A stretch of 64,000 nucleotides of DNA from Podarcis erhardii (taxonomy: Eukaryota). Below are positions 62,461-64,000 of the stretch, piece by piece. A program made the translations under genes and the position numbers. The notes under the pieces were generated by a model. The model was not told the origin of the DNA. It saw only the letters and a list, made by a program, of their open reading frames with translations, and searched no databases. Within the stretch, counting starts at the first letter, position 1, and each line of letters begins with the position of its first letter. Location of the stretch: assembly GCA_964252035.1 (NCBI GenBank), contig OZ176202.1; one strand, 5' to 3'.

Positions 62461-62782
62461 TGATTGAGAAGGCATAAATATCCCCAAGCAACCTTAACTG
62501 TTTTCCTCGTGGTGACTTCCCATTGTTGGCAATCCAGCCCACGAGCCTTATGTTGCCTACCCCTGTTCTAACACCATTTCTGATTGGCTGCTACATACCT
62601 CAAAAGATCTTGCAAGATCAGGACTGGAATACTAGTGTGCATAAACATCCCCAAGCAACCTCAACTGCTTTCCTCGCGGTGACTTCCCATTGTTGGCAAC
62701 CCAGTTCCAACATTGCTGGGTCCAACGTATATTTCATTTAATACTTATGTAACCCAAATGTAGCTGTTTTTCATAGTCTATA

Positions 62783-63007
62783 CAGTGGTACCTCAGGTTA
62801 AGTATTTAATTCGTTCCGGAGGTCTGTTCTTAACCTGAAGCACCACTTTAGCTAATGGGGCCTCCTGCTGCTGCCACACCGCAGGAGCACAATTTCTGTT
62901 CTTATCCTGAAGCAAAGTTCTTAACCTGAAGCACTATTTCTGGGTTAGCGGAGTCTGTAACCTGAAGTGTATGTAACCTGAAGCATATGTAACCTGAGGT
63001 ACCACTG
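62783..63007. mobile_element. Tc1/mariner (Tigger-like) MITE
   Basis: TIR cagtggtacctcaggtta/taacctgaggtaccactg flanked by TA on both sides; internal taacctgaag repeats. Confidence 0.92.
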
Positions 63008-64000
63008 TAGTTCAAATCCATCTATAATTAAGTGTCCTGTTTCTGGAGCAGCAGAGTATGGAAGTCTTGCAGTTCTCCAAACCACTATGTTCCACTGCCG
63101 TGTTTACAAGAGGCAGACAGGAAGTAACATAGGCATCCACACAAGCTGACACCTTTAACCTATCCTGCCCCTTCTACACATGATAGCAACATAAAGCACA
63201 TACTCATTCAGTTCCTCATGCTGGGCAGGCTACCGGTATCTTAAAATTTCTCTCTTCTGGGAACATGATCTCTGTTAGATCCTGTCATCTGATGAGGAAA
63301 CAGCAACTAAGTTCAGCGCTGCAAGGGAATGTTCTTTTCCCATAAGCTGTGTGTTATTCCTGTCTCTCTCATATATATAGAAAGAGAGAGCGCATCTAAG
63401 CAACCCAAATTCTGTGCTGAGAAAAACAAAATCTCTGGTCAGAGAAAGCGTATTGCATCATTTCTCTTCATGATTGATTTTTCATTTCACATAATTTGCC
63501 TTGGCTTTACTAGATCAGGAGCGGCAAGGAACTTTCCAGTGCACATATGCCTCATTGTACCCAACTATGGACCATACGCTCAGTCTGTTTTCTGGATTCC
63601 AAGATTTCAGCAGATATTTAACAAGCATTTTCAAGCATATCTTCAAAGGGCAGGAAGTTTTTAAAAATAAAAACTGAGTTTTTCGAGAAATAAACTTCTG
63701 TGCCCAATTCCATATTATGTTGTTGTTTTCCTGCAGTCCCTACAGAAACAAAATCTTGTATCTATTCCCTGGCTATTGTAAAGCTACATGAGTGCTCTTT
63801 TTGACAGCAGTTTGGACAACTATATCAAGGCCCAGGAAGTCTGATTTCCCAGGCAGTCTGAGCCTCCAATGCTTAAGAAGCTGACCATCCCTGGTTTAGA
63901 AGGAACAGCATCGTCCAATCAGCTGCGAAGCAAGCAGTCAAAAAACTGTAGGACTCCAACCAACAGAAAGCAGCAGGACATATTGTAAGAGATAGGGCCC

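Noticed and set aside
50210-64000. Search for the missing CH2 exon ISDIHV...HKYR or a nested gene
   Set aside because: No matching sequence found by eye; the exon is presumably beyond the window, and no nested protein-coding gene is supported

Overview
Vertebrate genomic DNA, most likely from a lacertid-type lizard (inferred from Sauria SINE/Squam1, tRNA-CR1 SINEs and squamate hAT MITEs). The whole window lies inside the dystonin gene (DST/BPAG1) on the minus strand. I traced 33 coding exons by hand with consistent GT/AG phases. They run from the second half of the CH2 actin-binding domain (50209) through the plakin domain to the start of the giant muscle BPAG1b plakin-repeat exon, which runs off the left edge. 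The epithelial isoform BPAG1e is complete: own first exon at 43448, 24 coding exons, about 2598 aa, rod exon and terminal plakin-repeat exon. Positions 50210-64000 are one long DST intron. Most notable non-routine signals: (1) a 507-bp hAT-type TIR element with an 8-bp TSD whose interior carries the start of the GNAL XL (XL-Galpha-olf) first exon, a Pack-TIR-like gene-fragment capture; (2) an in-frame candidate alternative exon or internal first exon at 24273-24416; (3) two candidate microexons before the BPAG1b exon; (4) an apparently decaying coding exon before the BPAG1e rod exon; (5) a perfect 154-bp palindrome near a splice acceptor. All homology calls are from memory of the protein and repeat families, not from database searches.
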